A DNA stretch of 64,000 nucleotides from Raillietiella orientalis (Eukaryota). Numbering within the stretch: the stretch's first letter is position 1; every line of letters begins with the position of its first letter. Positions 12,601 through 25,032 of the stretch are shown one piece after another. Location: NCBI GenBank assembly GCA_036172245.1, contig JAYWIR010000021.1:2232001-2296000 (forward strand), written 5' to 3'. The notes beneath the pieces were generated by a model that had not been told where the DNA came from, searched no databases, and saw nothing but the letters and a program-made list of their open reading frames with translations. The translations under genes and the position numbers were made by a program.

Positions 12601-15600
12601 GCTGTACACTTCCGCAAAATTTTTCTAAAATTTCTCAGAATCAAACTCAAGTCTGGTCTTTTGAATCACCACCGTGATGCACGTAACAAAACAGCTAAGG
12701 AATTGGTCATCGCAATAGTCATTGGAGTCCAATGACGGACAATCGTGTAATGGTCCAACGTCCGTGAAGAGAACGAATTTCTATCTTCAAAATGCCCCTG
12801 AGCGAAATTCCCTGGAAGTTTCCCTGCCTTCTAAATTCGAGCTTAGCGCTGAGAATCCAGTTTTGAGTTTTCTCCTTTTTTTTTTTTTTTTTTTTTTTTA
12901 TAAACAGCTTCGTTCGATTAGAAAAACTCACAAATTTTTGGTCCATTATCATAAGATAGCAGTGGGAAAATCATTCTGTGGTTTGCGATAGCGTCATTAT
13001 TTAAAGAGATTGCCAAAGTTCAAAATAGCCAGCAGCCCCCTTTAATGAAGAACGAAACGACTTAAAACCAAATACTTGAACAGTTGAGAACACTTTCAGT
13101 GAACGAATGGTAGGTAGTGCTTCATTGGTCAGATAAATAAAGTGTCGTTAACTAACGTTGACCGGGGTAGGTCATCCTCCATTTTAAAACAAGCACAAAT
13201 TTTGTGCACTGGTCTCGTTGGCACTCTTATGTTTTTCATTCCAATCTAGTTTTGACATCCATAGTCAGTCCATCATTTGTGTACATTTGTCAGCCATAGC
13301 ATATCATGCATAGCATGCAGAGTTCATGGATTTTGTATTGGCACCCGCGCACTTCACATTCATCTTCCACCCGGGTTATCATCACTTTGGACCTACCGAT
13401 TGCTGCAATTTGCTTTTCTCGTTCAATAGCTGCTTCTGAAAATCGCCATTATCTCCACCTCCCTTCTTTCTCTTGTTCTGTCTAGTATTTCTGAAGAAAG
13501 GAAGAAGAAGAAGAAAAGCATGAAGTATTTTTTTTTTTCCAGTTGTACTTGACGATTTCATCAGTTAAGTAGTAGTGACCCCAAATTCAAATAAGATGGT
13601 TAAGGAGCTTTGTATGCACATGATGCCCGATTGTAGGTTTAGGTAAGCCATAGGGAATCGATGGGCCGCTTGTCCACTCCAGAACGGAGGAGCGGGCCTT
13701 AAACCTTTCGGGAATGCTCTGCGGCACACAATTTCAGATACAGAGAATGCCAGCTTCTCAAGTTTATAGCAGCTATTTTCATTCTCTGCTCTCTTCCCAA
13801 TTTACGAACGTTCTCTCGTTTCTCCTGCCCAGACGTTGGGCAGCTTCGGGGTGTCAACGGCTCGAAGATTGGGCTCAAAGAAAAGTAAATAAGCATAAGA
13901 AAATTAATAATAAAAAAAAATATAATAAAATAGAAAAGCGAGTTCCTTTTGCGGAACAGCAAATTGCATCCATAAAAAAATGAAACAACCAAATGACAAA
14001 TTAGGAGGAAGAAAGAAGATGAGGACTTGAAAGGAGCCTCAATAAGGTTAAGGCTAATTCCAGAAAGTCTCGTGGCTGATAAAAAACACGACAGCCACAT
14101 GCCACCCCCCAAAACAAAACTTCTCCATATCGGCTTTGGACGAAGCATTCTCATTTGTTTATCACAATCATTCGTACTTCCGAAATTGCTGCAGAAATGC
14201 ATGGAGCAAGTGATGTCCTGATATTCCTGATAAAGGATAAAGTCCACCATTTCATTCAGTTTTAATAATGGGCTGGTCAGAAATATTGCTAGTGAAAACC
14301 ATTGCTACCCTTAATCTGAGCTCTGTGCAAGCAGCCATTCCGAAATGTTTCGCTCTTAAAATGGAAGGATAAACACACTAAAGAACCATAACATCCCATC
14401 AGTGTCAATTCTGTAACGCAAAATGAGGCAATTATATGTAAGGGTGCAAGCAAACATCATTACAGAAGTTTTAAAAATACGGATAAAGTAAAGGTTTGAC
14501 ATTCATATCCCATAAAATATTTTCAATCACTTTCCTCCCAATCTCTATCATCTATTTAATCAATACTAATCCACCAATGCTAATACTATTAAAGATATAC
14601 AACGCTTTCTATAGTTTACAAATTGTTACAGAAATTATATGGCATTTGCTTGAGTTGGTACACATTTGATTTTATAGCAAGAGTGCTGTAAAGTGATTGT
14701 CAAGAAATAATTCCGTTCAGATATAAGACAATGATTACTAATGAGATGTGATAATTATCGTAAAGCTTTTTTCACATTTCTGTTTCTTATTTTAGGGAAG
14801 GAACCATTTTGGGCTTTTGTTGGTTTGTTTTGCTTGTCACTAATTTTAAAAAGGCTGGTCATTTTAATAGGATTGAGGGAACTGGCCATATTCCGAGATT
14901 TTTTTTCTTGGAGCATTATTTTCAATGTTCAATGCCTCATAAGATGACTTTATTGCCTAGAACTTTCATAAAATAAAAACAACAACAACAGATTCGGTAG
15001 AAATTGTGTCTCCATTATAATCAGCTAATACAAAAATGATTAAAAAGTACAAAAAAGCAGTTGGGATTAATGACATCCTGAGATATTTTGAACTTTCATT
15101 AAGGCATGATCAGTTCAATCACGAATTCTACAACTGCTTACTATTTGTATTCTACTCCATTTTCCATCTGTTTTTTCATTTTCTTTAGAAAAAAAAGCCT
15201 AAGGATTTTCAGCTTAATTCTAGGTGTAGTTTATTGAGGAATAAAGTGAAAAGTTCATTTTACGTTTCTTGGAAATTACAAATTTGCATTTATAGTAACA
15301 GGTGCAAAATTAGTCAGAAAGCAAATATTAGTGAATATGAAGTGAGACGTTTATTCCATATTTCGATATTTCCTTTCCTTGGATTTCATTCTTGTATGGT
15401 AATTCACTTTTAGTGTTTTTTATTAGCGAAATTTATTTATTACGTTTAAGTTAATTTCATCCCCAGTCACAAATATTTAGCGTTCCCTTAGTGAGCAAGC
15501 TACTTTTGGCATTTTCATATATTTTCTTATCATTTATTCAGACTAATATTAAATAATGGAGACCAAATTCCCAACAAAAAGCAACTATTTTTTGTAAATC

Positions 15601-15810
15601 ATTTTATTTCAACTTGAAATGCAAAGTAATTTCACGAATCCTGTTTGTTTATAGACATGAGTGCGCATTAAGTAGTGCTTTTGTTATCAACCATGTTGTT
15701 TGAACTGGGTGAGATAAAGTGAGTTTTGTAGTCGTTGATTCAATGAATCGTCTAGTAATGTAATTAGTTTATGATAAAGTTTGTTGAGTATGAATTAATT
15801 ATTGGAAATA

Positions 15811-18800
15811 ATGGTTAATAAGGAAGATACTGATCCATTTCAAACATGTACAGATGATAGTGATTTGACGGAACTATGTGCTCCTCATTTATATTTGAAA
15901 CCTATCGCTCGCTTAAGCATATCTGTTCAGCTTCCACAATTGAAAAATCCTGGACAGAACTTTCAGACCATTTCAACATGGGAAGTGATGGAAAAAATTC
16001 ACGAATTAATCAAGCCAGAGACTTTTTTGTCACTGAAAGTTAGCAAAAGTTCTCTGGATTTTCTACGATTTGAAGGAGAAATCGAAGGCAAATCCAATTT
16101 GCCAAACTTAATTATGAAATTAGATCAAAATACCATTAAGTTAAATACATTTGGTGAACCTTTGAAATTGAAAGCAGCAGAGGCAAAAATTTCCTTCCCA
16201 TCACGGCATGATTGGGATTCATATTTTCGAGATGCCAAGAATATGAACGAAATGAAGCCAGGAGAACGACCCGATACAATACATTTTGAAAATTTGCCCT
16301 GCAAGTGGTTTTCCTTGAATAAAGATGAAAGTGAACCTCGACCCAGTGATGGTTACCTTAAAAAATGCTTTGAGTGTTTTGGTGAAATCCGTTGTGTAGA
16401 TATCCCTATATTAGATCCTTACAGAAATCGAATGAGCCCAGAAATTGCTGGTATAAAGTCTTTCGAACCACAAAAGACTTTTGAAGCATTTGTACAGTAT
16501 AAGGAATATATTAGTTTTGTAAAGGCCATGAATGCTTTAAAAGGAATGAAATTGCTTTATAAGGATGGCGATACCATGTCCACCATTAGTACTAAGGTAA
16601 AGGATGTGTGTAGTTTCTCGATAGTGTAACTGTTTTTTTCATTAAGGTTGATTTCGACCAAACAAAACATTTGAGTGATAGTTCAATAAGAAAAAGAAGA
16701 ATTGAGCGTGAAAAAATAATCCAGACAGAAAAAGAAAGAATAGAAAAAGAGAAACGCCAAAAGGAATTAGAAGAGTTCCGTCAGGCAACGGAAATGTATG
16801 AATTATTTATTCCTTGTTAATTAAAGCATTTTCCATTGTAATCATTGTTTGGTACCTTTATTATTTTTAACTGTGTTGCAGAAGACGTTTGCTAGAAACA
16901 GATAAAGAAAGGAAAAAGTTGAAAGTAGAAAAAAAGAAACTAAAGGAAGAGAGAAGAAAATTGAGAGAGGAAAGAAAAAAGCAAGCAAAACTGAAAAAAT
17001 TACAACTTTTAAATGATACAGAAATTGCGACAAGGATAATGTTTGAAGAAGAAAAGTTGGTTCATTTTCAAAGACGATTGGAGAGTGCTCGGTTATTAGA
17101 GATATTGTTTAACCATATAAAGGTAAATTCATTTAAGTCTGAGTTATTTAATCAAGCAGTTTCGATTGGTGATGGTCATTCTGTATAATACATCTTAGGT
17201 TTCACGCTTTAATGTTGAATATCAAAGTTTCCATCCTGATTTTATATAAAAGATTTTACTTTTTCAGTCACAATGATACATTACAAAAGTTACAATATAT
17301 TAAATCTGATGGCCAACTCAGTTTAATAAAATCAGTTTTAATAAGAGTTGATGCCATATCAGATGAAAGCTTTAATAATTTATGACAGAATTGATTGTAA
17401 AGTTATATTAGTGATATTGAAAGTAAAGCTTCTGTCAAGTATGCATATTAAAGGGAAAGACATGAGATTGGTTATCCAAATGTCAGTGCCAAACTTTGAC
17501 AAATTCATTATTGTCATGGGTCACTTTGTTGCCCAACAATTTATTCAACTAATTATTCATTATTGTGTACTGTTTGAGAGAGTGACAGGTGAGTTGATTA
17601 ACCAAAGGAGACTCGTATTGGTGGCTCCCAATTTTCATCAGTATTAAATTGGGCCAGTTTGGGGAAATATTGGGGTAGCCAAGTTGCTTGTGTGATTTTG
17701 CTATTGCCATTATGTTTTTCAGGCATCATTTATGATTTCTGTAATACACTGTACAATGATTTCTTTTATGCTCCTAGTATTAATATATATGATATAGATA
17801 GAATAGTTAGTATATCAGGTGCACACTGGGTTGTGTTACTGCCATTATGAGAGCAGGCTAAATGAAAGCACTGATATTTGCAAGCAGATTATTTGGTAAG
17901 GCCAGCTGGTCGGAATAGCTTTGAATTCAGCTGTATGCTGCATTAATGTTGGAGCTGTGCCTGACATTCTCTCATTCATAATGTAGGCTGCTTCTGTACT
18001 GAGTGCTTTTCCAGGTCAGCAGAAATGGAGATTCCTTGCTTGAGGCAGACAACGAAGATGAGGTATGTATGTGGAAGCAGCTCAGCAGTCCGTTTCATAA
18101 GAAATTTGCAGAACAAGGAGGATGAGTCAGCCTCCCTCTTGCAAAGCTTCAAGCAGATGCAGGAAAAAAAAATGGAAGAACAAAGAGGGAGAATGGAGAA
18201 AATGATACAGCTAAAGGGAAAACTGCAAACGGCTGGACAAGGTGGAGATAATAATGAAACATTGGCAGCGCTCATTCAGGAGCTGGAGGAATCTGAGACA
18301 GATGGGGAATTGTCGGATTCCTCCAGTTCTTCTGTATCGGAGCAAACGGAGAGCATCCCAGAAAATCTTCCTGAAAATATGGATGAAAATGAATACAAGC
18401 TATTCCAGCAGTTTAAGTACTTTTTCTCTTTATGACGTTTCTGTGTTTTGACACTGTTATTTCAGACAGTGGCAGAAGGAAGGCCAGCTACCTTTCTTTC
18501 CAAGAGGACGTTATTTTCGCCGTCCGTATGGTCAATTTAATTTTCGACGCCCCTTTTTGAAGCATTTTCGGGGTCGCTTCAACCCGAAGTTTTTTCGAGG
18601 AGGTGCACATAATTTTAATCAGCCTGCTGTGGGTGCTTCTGTAGAGGGCGAAGAGGAGGATGCGGGAAACGCAGAGGGACAGCAGCAACATCCTGCACAG
18701 CACTTCTTCCCGTATCCTCAGAAGCAACTGGCCAAATATTTGAAGCAGCAGGGACAAGGAGGATTCCATCCCAATTATATATTTGGAAAGCAGGGTTACC

Positions 18801-19779
18801 CTTATCAGCATGGCTATAGACGTGGGAAGAACTTTGCCAGGTTTTCTGGATATGCTCCTGACAAGGAGAGCTATAAGAATTACCGGAATTATGTGAACAA
18901 AACTGATGAGGAATCTGATTCTAGCAGATCTAGAAGCCACAGCCCTCACAGCCGGAAAAGGCGCAGTTACACCTCTCATTCCTCCCGATCACGTTCCTAT
19001 TCCCGTTCCCGCAGTTTCTCCCGTAGTAGTCATTCCTGCAGTCCAAGTTCACGGGAGCGCAAGCACAGCTACAGCAGGTCCCGGAGTCACAGCCTGAAGC
19101 GCACGTACTCCCACGGACACAGTTCACGGGATGGCAGTTGTTCCCCGGACGCCAAGAAAATGAGTTTTCGCCCCAAAGGTACGGTGGTCCAGCGGTCGAG
19201 TCGTCACACTGAGGTGTGCCCCTTGCAGGAAAGATGCGCATGGATTATCCTGACGAGTACGACGACGAAGGGTACAAGTACAGCAAGAAGTACAAGAAGT
19301 TCGTGCGCGACCAAGGAGAACATTCGCATTACGGGAAGCACCGAGGCCGTGGCAGCAGCGGCCGGGCAAGGGGCGGCGGCAATCGCATGCGAGGATTCAG
19401 TCAGTACAAACAGCAGTCCTACTATAGCGGTTTGAACGAAGCGTACGAGAAATATTTTATGAAGTTGGCCAAGAAGGAGAGGGAAAAAGATTCGAAGCGC
19501 CACGACAGTGACGGCGAGGAGCTGTCGTATTACAAGGGCTACCAGAATTACGAAAACGAGCAGGCTGCCTTCGGCAAGCAGTTTTCGGAGAAGAAAAGCA
19601 AGAAGGATCATAAGGAGGACGACCACCGGAGAGTGACCAGTGCTCCCGTTATCGATAAGCCCAAGAACAAAGTTCCCGAATCCACGAATTCATCGAAAAA
19701 AAAAAAAAAGGACGATAAAGAGCGTAAAGACAAGAAGAAGAAGAAGAAGAAATCAAAGGACAGTGATTACAGCAGTTAG
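15811..19779 (+). CDS. AKAP17A: A-kinase anchor protein 17A (SFRS17A/XE7-like splicing factor), about 930 aa. Exons 15811-16596, 16647-16795, 16882-17122, 18015-18062, 18112-18416, 18466-19178, 19229-19779.
   Basis: Family motifs LYLKPIARLSISVQLPQLK, FPSRHDWDSYFRDAKNMNEMKPGERPDTIH, FGEIRCVDIPILDPYR, FEAFVQYKEYISFVKAMNAL, K|VDFDQTKHLSD, then a charged coiled coil and an RS domain (RSRSHSPHSRKRRSYTSHSSRSRSYSRSRS). All six introns are GT-AG with matching phases (50, 86, 892, 49, 49, 50 nt); total 2793 nt ending TAG. Exons 4-7 are joined on splice signals and phase, so they are less certain than exons 1-3. Confidence 0.92.
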
Positions 19780-19926
19780 AATTGCCTGCCCCTTCCCCGG
19801 CGTGCGTCGCCACTGCTCGCATTTCGCAAGCGCATGTCGACATCTTCACGATTTTACCTGCAGAGGGTTTGCATCACTTGCATTTAATATTGATGTGTTT
19901 TATTTCCGCTTTCACAAGGACGGCGC

Positions 19927-19932
19927 AATAAA
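19927..19932 (+). promoter_or_regulatory. Candidate polyadenylation signal (AATAAA) of AKAP17A
   Basis: AATAAA about 150 nt downstream of the stop codon, followed by a GT-rich stretch (gagtgttgtg). Confidence 0.55.
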
Positions 19933-22900
19933 ATACATGGGAATGCTCCTCATTGCACCGTGAGCGTACGAGTGTTGTGCCCCTGGTAGAGGAAGAAGGG
20001 GGCTGCACGTCCGGAAGCGGGGAAGGGCAGCACCGCCGAGCGCGTGCGTTTTCCAGGTCGCCGTTTTTTCCTGCCCGGGACGCGATCCCAGGACCGTTGC
20101 GAGGGGCGGTTGGGGTGCGTTTGAAGAAGGGGGGGCTGCCCCACCGCCCCGCGCGAGGCGAACGTTTCTGTGCGCGGGGGCTCCTGGCAACGGAGGAAGC
20201 CGGTCGATTGGCCCCAGGCGCACCCACCAGGGAGAGGTGCCCTTGCCGGTGGGGATGGACGGGGGGCCGTCTCCACCCATTTGCGATTCAGCGGCGTTGC
20301 AGCGGCCTCGGCTCACGCGCGACATAAAACGCGCCGTTCGTTCATCGCGCGTCACTTCCTGTCCGTCCATGCCTGTTGAGTTTCCTTGACATCCTGGTCC
20401 ACAAGGTCGTGCACGAAACGTAGTTTGCCCTCGTCCAGGCAGGCGAGGGCACCGTTTCGTGGTGTTGGTGCCGCTGAAAGGTGTTTCGGTCGGCGGTTCT
20501 GTGTGTGGTCCTTTGCGACACCCATAAACTACCGTGCATCTCGACAGCGCGAGCTCGTTGCTCCGGAGTTGGCTTTCTTCGCACGGATCAGCAAGCCCTT
20601 CGAGATTGTCTGCAGCTGAGGAGATGCCATCGGGACGTCAGCGCGATGCTGACCCCCGCCAGCGTAAAAGTCGCTTCCATCCTGCGGCTGCGTGGTGGCC
20701 GCCCTTTGACGGGCGTCGTTTCTGTGACTGCTTGCAGCAGCGTGTCTTCCGAGCAAGTCCGAGTGTCCATCGAAGGCCCGTGCTGTCTCGACATGTGTCA
20801 GACGCTCCCGGGTCGATGCCTCGGGGCAGCCGCTTTTTTTTTCGCCTTTCGAGGTCGATTCTCGTTTTTGCAGTGCCTCCCTTTGTCTCGTCAGTCGAGG
20901 TGTTCTCGCCTTTCTTGCCCACCGAGTGGGACCACGTTGCCGCTGCCTGGGCGGTCGACTTCCACTTTCCTCGCCAGCGAACGAGAAATTCGAAAATCGC
21001 CAACATTTTTACAACTGTGGGCGCTTTTCAGTGGAGAACAGCGGTCTTTCTGCACGTTGGGTCGCCAGCTGATTCGTCGCAGGTGTTGCCGTTGGTGTGT
21101 GCGTGCGCGTTGAACGTGCGTCGAGAATCTTCCGTGTCTGTGCGTGTTGCATGCGGTGCAGGCGCTGCGGAGATCCGATTCACCCCTTTTAATAAAAAAA
21201 AAAAAAAGGCTCGCTCACCAGGCCTCTCCCTGTTGGCTGTTCCGCGTTGCCACCCCGTTCTTGCACCGCCTGACACCTGGTGAGTGGCGCTTGCAGCCTT
21301 CAGGATTCTCATCCTCCGCTGGGCGTCGTCGAACTCGAGAGTTTCCCATTAGCGTGCGCGTGTCCTCAGGGATTCGATCCCCGCGGTGTGTCCTTCGTGT
21401 CGATCGTGCTGCTTCCGGAACTCGGCGGTTCGTTCCCAGCGGCCCACTCTAAGCACGTCGCGGGTTCGTCAGTAGTGGTAGACAGTGGACTACCTTCTTT
21501 CTCAGTAGCGAATCAGACGCTCCTTTGCATTCCGAGGAGAAAGATGGACAGCAGTCCTCAGCCGGACATTCGGCCGTATGCGGGCTTGGCGAGGCGGGGG
21601 GCCCGGTCGTAATCCCGCGCGTTCGCCTCCCGGTTTGCTTTCCGTCCCCTTTCTCCCGGTCCTCTTCTCTCGGAGGCGCGAGACCTTCCTCTTCCCAGAT
21701 CAAGTGGATCGCCCCGGCCCACCGCAGCTTCAGCCACGGTGCGGGGAGGTCCGCTGTGCTCTGCCCAGCAGGCGGCCCGGGGGGCGTTGGCGACACCGCG
21801 GACCGAAGGTGCATCTCGGCGACCGGGACGCGCTCTCGCGCGGCTCGATTCCTCCTCTCTTCCCGCGCGTTTCCTCGACCTGGGTTCCCTCCGCCCCCGC
21901 CCTTCCTCCGGGAATCTCTCGAGGCTCCTTCGCCGACCAACCTCCCCCCTCCCCCACTACCCTCCCTTCGACTAGCTTTTTGGGCGAGCCGTCGCATCCC
22001 TCTGTCGCCGTTGTCGAAGCTGCTGGGGGTTGCGCACGTGGCCTGCCAGGGGGCCACGCGGTCCCTGGAAGACCGCGATCCCCCAGCCGCGGCTCGGTTG
22101 CGGTCGCTTTGGATGCGATGCCGCGGTCGCTCCTCCGCAGCGCCCGGGAGAGCATCCAATCAGAGATGCTCCCATTTCGGGCGACACGGAAGCGGCGCTT
22201 CGCTGCAGTGCCTTCCTTGCTGCTGCTTCCCCCCTTCCTCTTCACGAGAGCAAAGTTTTATCGGAGAGGTAAGATGCAGGGCGTCTCCCCGGTTCGGACG
22301 CGCTGGAATCTGCGCACGCAGGGATGCCGCGGCGCATCGGAAGCGGCTGCGAGCCGGGGCCTGCTTGTCTTTCGTCCTTGCTGAAGTGGTCCGTGTCGCG
22401 TGCTCCAGGACAGGAAGCAGCATTTCCCGTCGTCCGCTTCCCACCGAGGGTCGAGCCCTCCTGGGGACCCGAGCTGCGCCCTACTCGCGAGGGGACCCGA
22501 TTTTTGCGACCTGCTGTGCTCGAGGCGGCGACCGGAAACATCGACTTCGAGTTCCCACCGCGGTCCCTTCCAGTTCCAAGGGTGGAGAGCGGGCAATCCT
22601 CTCAGCGCACGCCGGCTGCAAGCAGTCTCTCGCTGTTGCCGAGCAGGCCGCTGGCAGGCGGGCGAGGCGAAAGTTCGGTTGCGGTCTCTTTGCTTCGCGG
22701 AACCCACGCCAGATGCCACCGTTGGCCGCTTCTCCCTTCCTCTCGGTTTTCCCTCCCACCACTCGGCCCTGCTTGCTGCAACCGCCCCCTGGTTTTCGTC
22801 GCGGACTCCCTGGAAACTCCCGGGCGTCCGTCGGGAGGCCCGGGTCTCCGGTGCCCGGGGTTCAGCGAGCGGACCCCAGGCGCGGAACTTGCTAGCTTCC

Positions 22901-24920
22901 TTGCAGCGTGCGGTTCTTGCCGAGGTTTTCCAGTCTACTCCCGGATCCCTCTCGTTGCCGGATTTGCCCTTCACTCCCGACTGAGAAATTGCCCGCCCCT
23001 CTCTGCCTCCCTCCCCCCTCCCCGCTGGTTTCAGTCTTGGGGCACACAGCCCTCCGCGTGGCTTTGGTCCGTCCGCTGCCGGGCGACGACCCCCGCGGTC
23101 CGGACCGTGCCGCGGCAGAGCGCACCAAACTCGCTCCGAGCGAAGTCAGCGCGAACCCTGCTGACGCCCCTCCTGGAGGTCATCCACGTCTCCCCTTCCT
23201 CGACTGGGTCGCTTGGAGGGCAAGTGGCGGCACACGGGTGGCAGGAGGACCTGCCGGGCGGTCTGCGGGCAGCGACCCCGGACTCTGTCTCCGGGCCGTA
23301 CGCTTCTTTCGCTGCGTCCGCTTGCAACCCTTCCGCTTCCCGTCGCCCCTCCGAACTGCTGCGGTCGCGCCCATCTGAAGGCGCTCCGACCTTCACGCTC
23401 GGTCTGCTTCGAGATTTCTGGTCCTCAGGCGGGCGAGTGCCGCTGCTCTCCCAGAAAGGACCTGCAGGCCCTCGGGCGGGGGAGGGCACGGGGCGACCAC
23501 CCATCTTCGGCATCTTTGTCCGTTCAGGCGCCTTCTTGGGCCCTCTGTGGACTCTCATCTCGGGAACGGGAGCACCTCCCACGCTAAGGCGTCTCCTTGG
23601 CAACGGAGGTCCTGGCGGAGGACGCGGGAGGCTGCATTCCTCCTCCTCTCTGAATCCTTTCCACCCCCGCAGCGGTTAAGGAGCGGAGCAGCGGTATCGA
23701 GCAAGGGGGTCGGTGGGCCTCCGACTACCGCTCCCCCCTCCTCCTCCCTCTGCCCAGGCGACAGGAGCACCCTTCGGTCCTCGGAGCTCCTTGGTCGCGG
23801 AGGACGGAGGGGAAAAGGGTGTCCCGCGCTCCCGGACTCGGAGCGTTCGCCCAGAAAGGAGCTTTCAGGGGAGTGCCTCCAGTGGAGCTCTGCCCGGGTT
23901 TCCCGGCTGCCCTCGTGAATTTGCTGCCTTCCTCGGCCCGGCTTCCCTCCGCAAGACGGCGGCAGGAGCGGCTGCCGTGCCTCCGCGCCGGCCAAGAGCG
24001 GGAAGAGGCCGCCTGCAACCCCTTTGCGTGCCTTTCTGCTTCGCAGAGTCCACGCTAGATGCCACTGCAGGGCACGGAGGCAGCCCGCGGCCTGGACCAC
24101 GGCTCCGGCGGCTCCGGAGGAGGTGTCGGCTCGCGGGTCCTCCCCGGAAAGAGGAAGGGATGGAGGGACGAGAGAGGCGGAGCGGGTGAGGGCCACCCAC
24201 CCGCTCATCCCTCTGGCTGCAGCTGGCCTTCCCCGTCGGTTCCCGGCTCGCCTCCGATCTGGGCCCGGACGCCGTTTCCTGGGAGACTGTGCCCCGTGCC
24301 CTCGCTTGCAGATGTGCGACCGATTGCCTGCCGAGGTCGGAGCGCGTGTCAAGAGTCAGCCTTAGGAGGGGGAAGGATTCTTCTCTGAGGGAGGGGATAA
24401 GGGGAACGACCTTCCTCGCGCGGCATCCCCCTACGAGAGGGCGGAGGGGCTGGGAGTCAACTCGCAAATCCCGTTCGCTTTCCCGTTGCCTCGGCTACGC
24501 TCCTCCAGGACAATTCCTGGCACGGAAAGCGTGTCAGGGGAATGCGGGAACGCGGAGGCGTGGAAGATGAGGAGAGAGGGATCGGGAGGGCGTGTCTTTC
24601 GTGCCTCTCCCAGTTTCCCCATCGGGGCGCACGAATCTGCCCCCCCTCTTTCCCTTCCGTCCCCAGCGCTCCTCGGCGTGAGGGGTGCTGCGGCCACGCG
24701 GCGGCTTGAGAAGGCCGGCGGCACTGCGTCTTCCCGCCTTCCCGGTGGCGACCCTCCCGGGGGGAAGCAGGGAACGCGAATCCGACCGCGACCCCCGTGC
24801 CCGGAAAGGGAGGAATCGGTGTCTCTCCGAGGGGTGCTGTGAGGGGGCGTCCGGAAAGATCCCGGTGAGAGGCTCCCTCCCCCCAGCTGCGCTCCCGCAG
24901 CCGCGAAGGAGGACGGCCGA

Positions 24921-25032
24921 CCGCTGCCAACTGAAAACAACTGCCCTCCTCTAGATGAAGGAGCGGACGTGAAAGCTGGAAGCTGCGACGACGGCCCAAT
25001 CAGTGGCGACGCTGCGACATCTGCGGTAGTCC
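24921..25032 (-). repeat. About 110 bp dispersed repeat, inverted partner of 26952-27064
   Basis: Reverse complement actaccgcagatgtcgcagcgtcgccactgattgggccgtcgtcgcagcttccagctttcacgtcc...tagaggagggcagttgttttcagttggc matches 26952-27064 with scattered mismatches. Confidence 0.85.
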
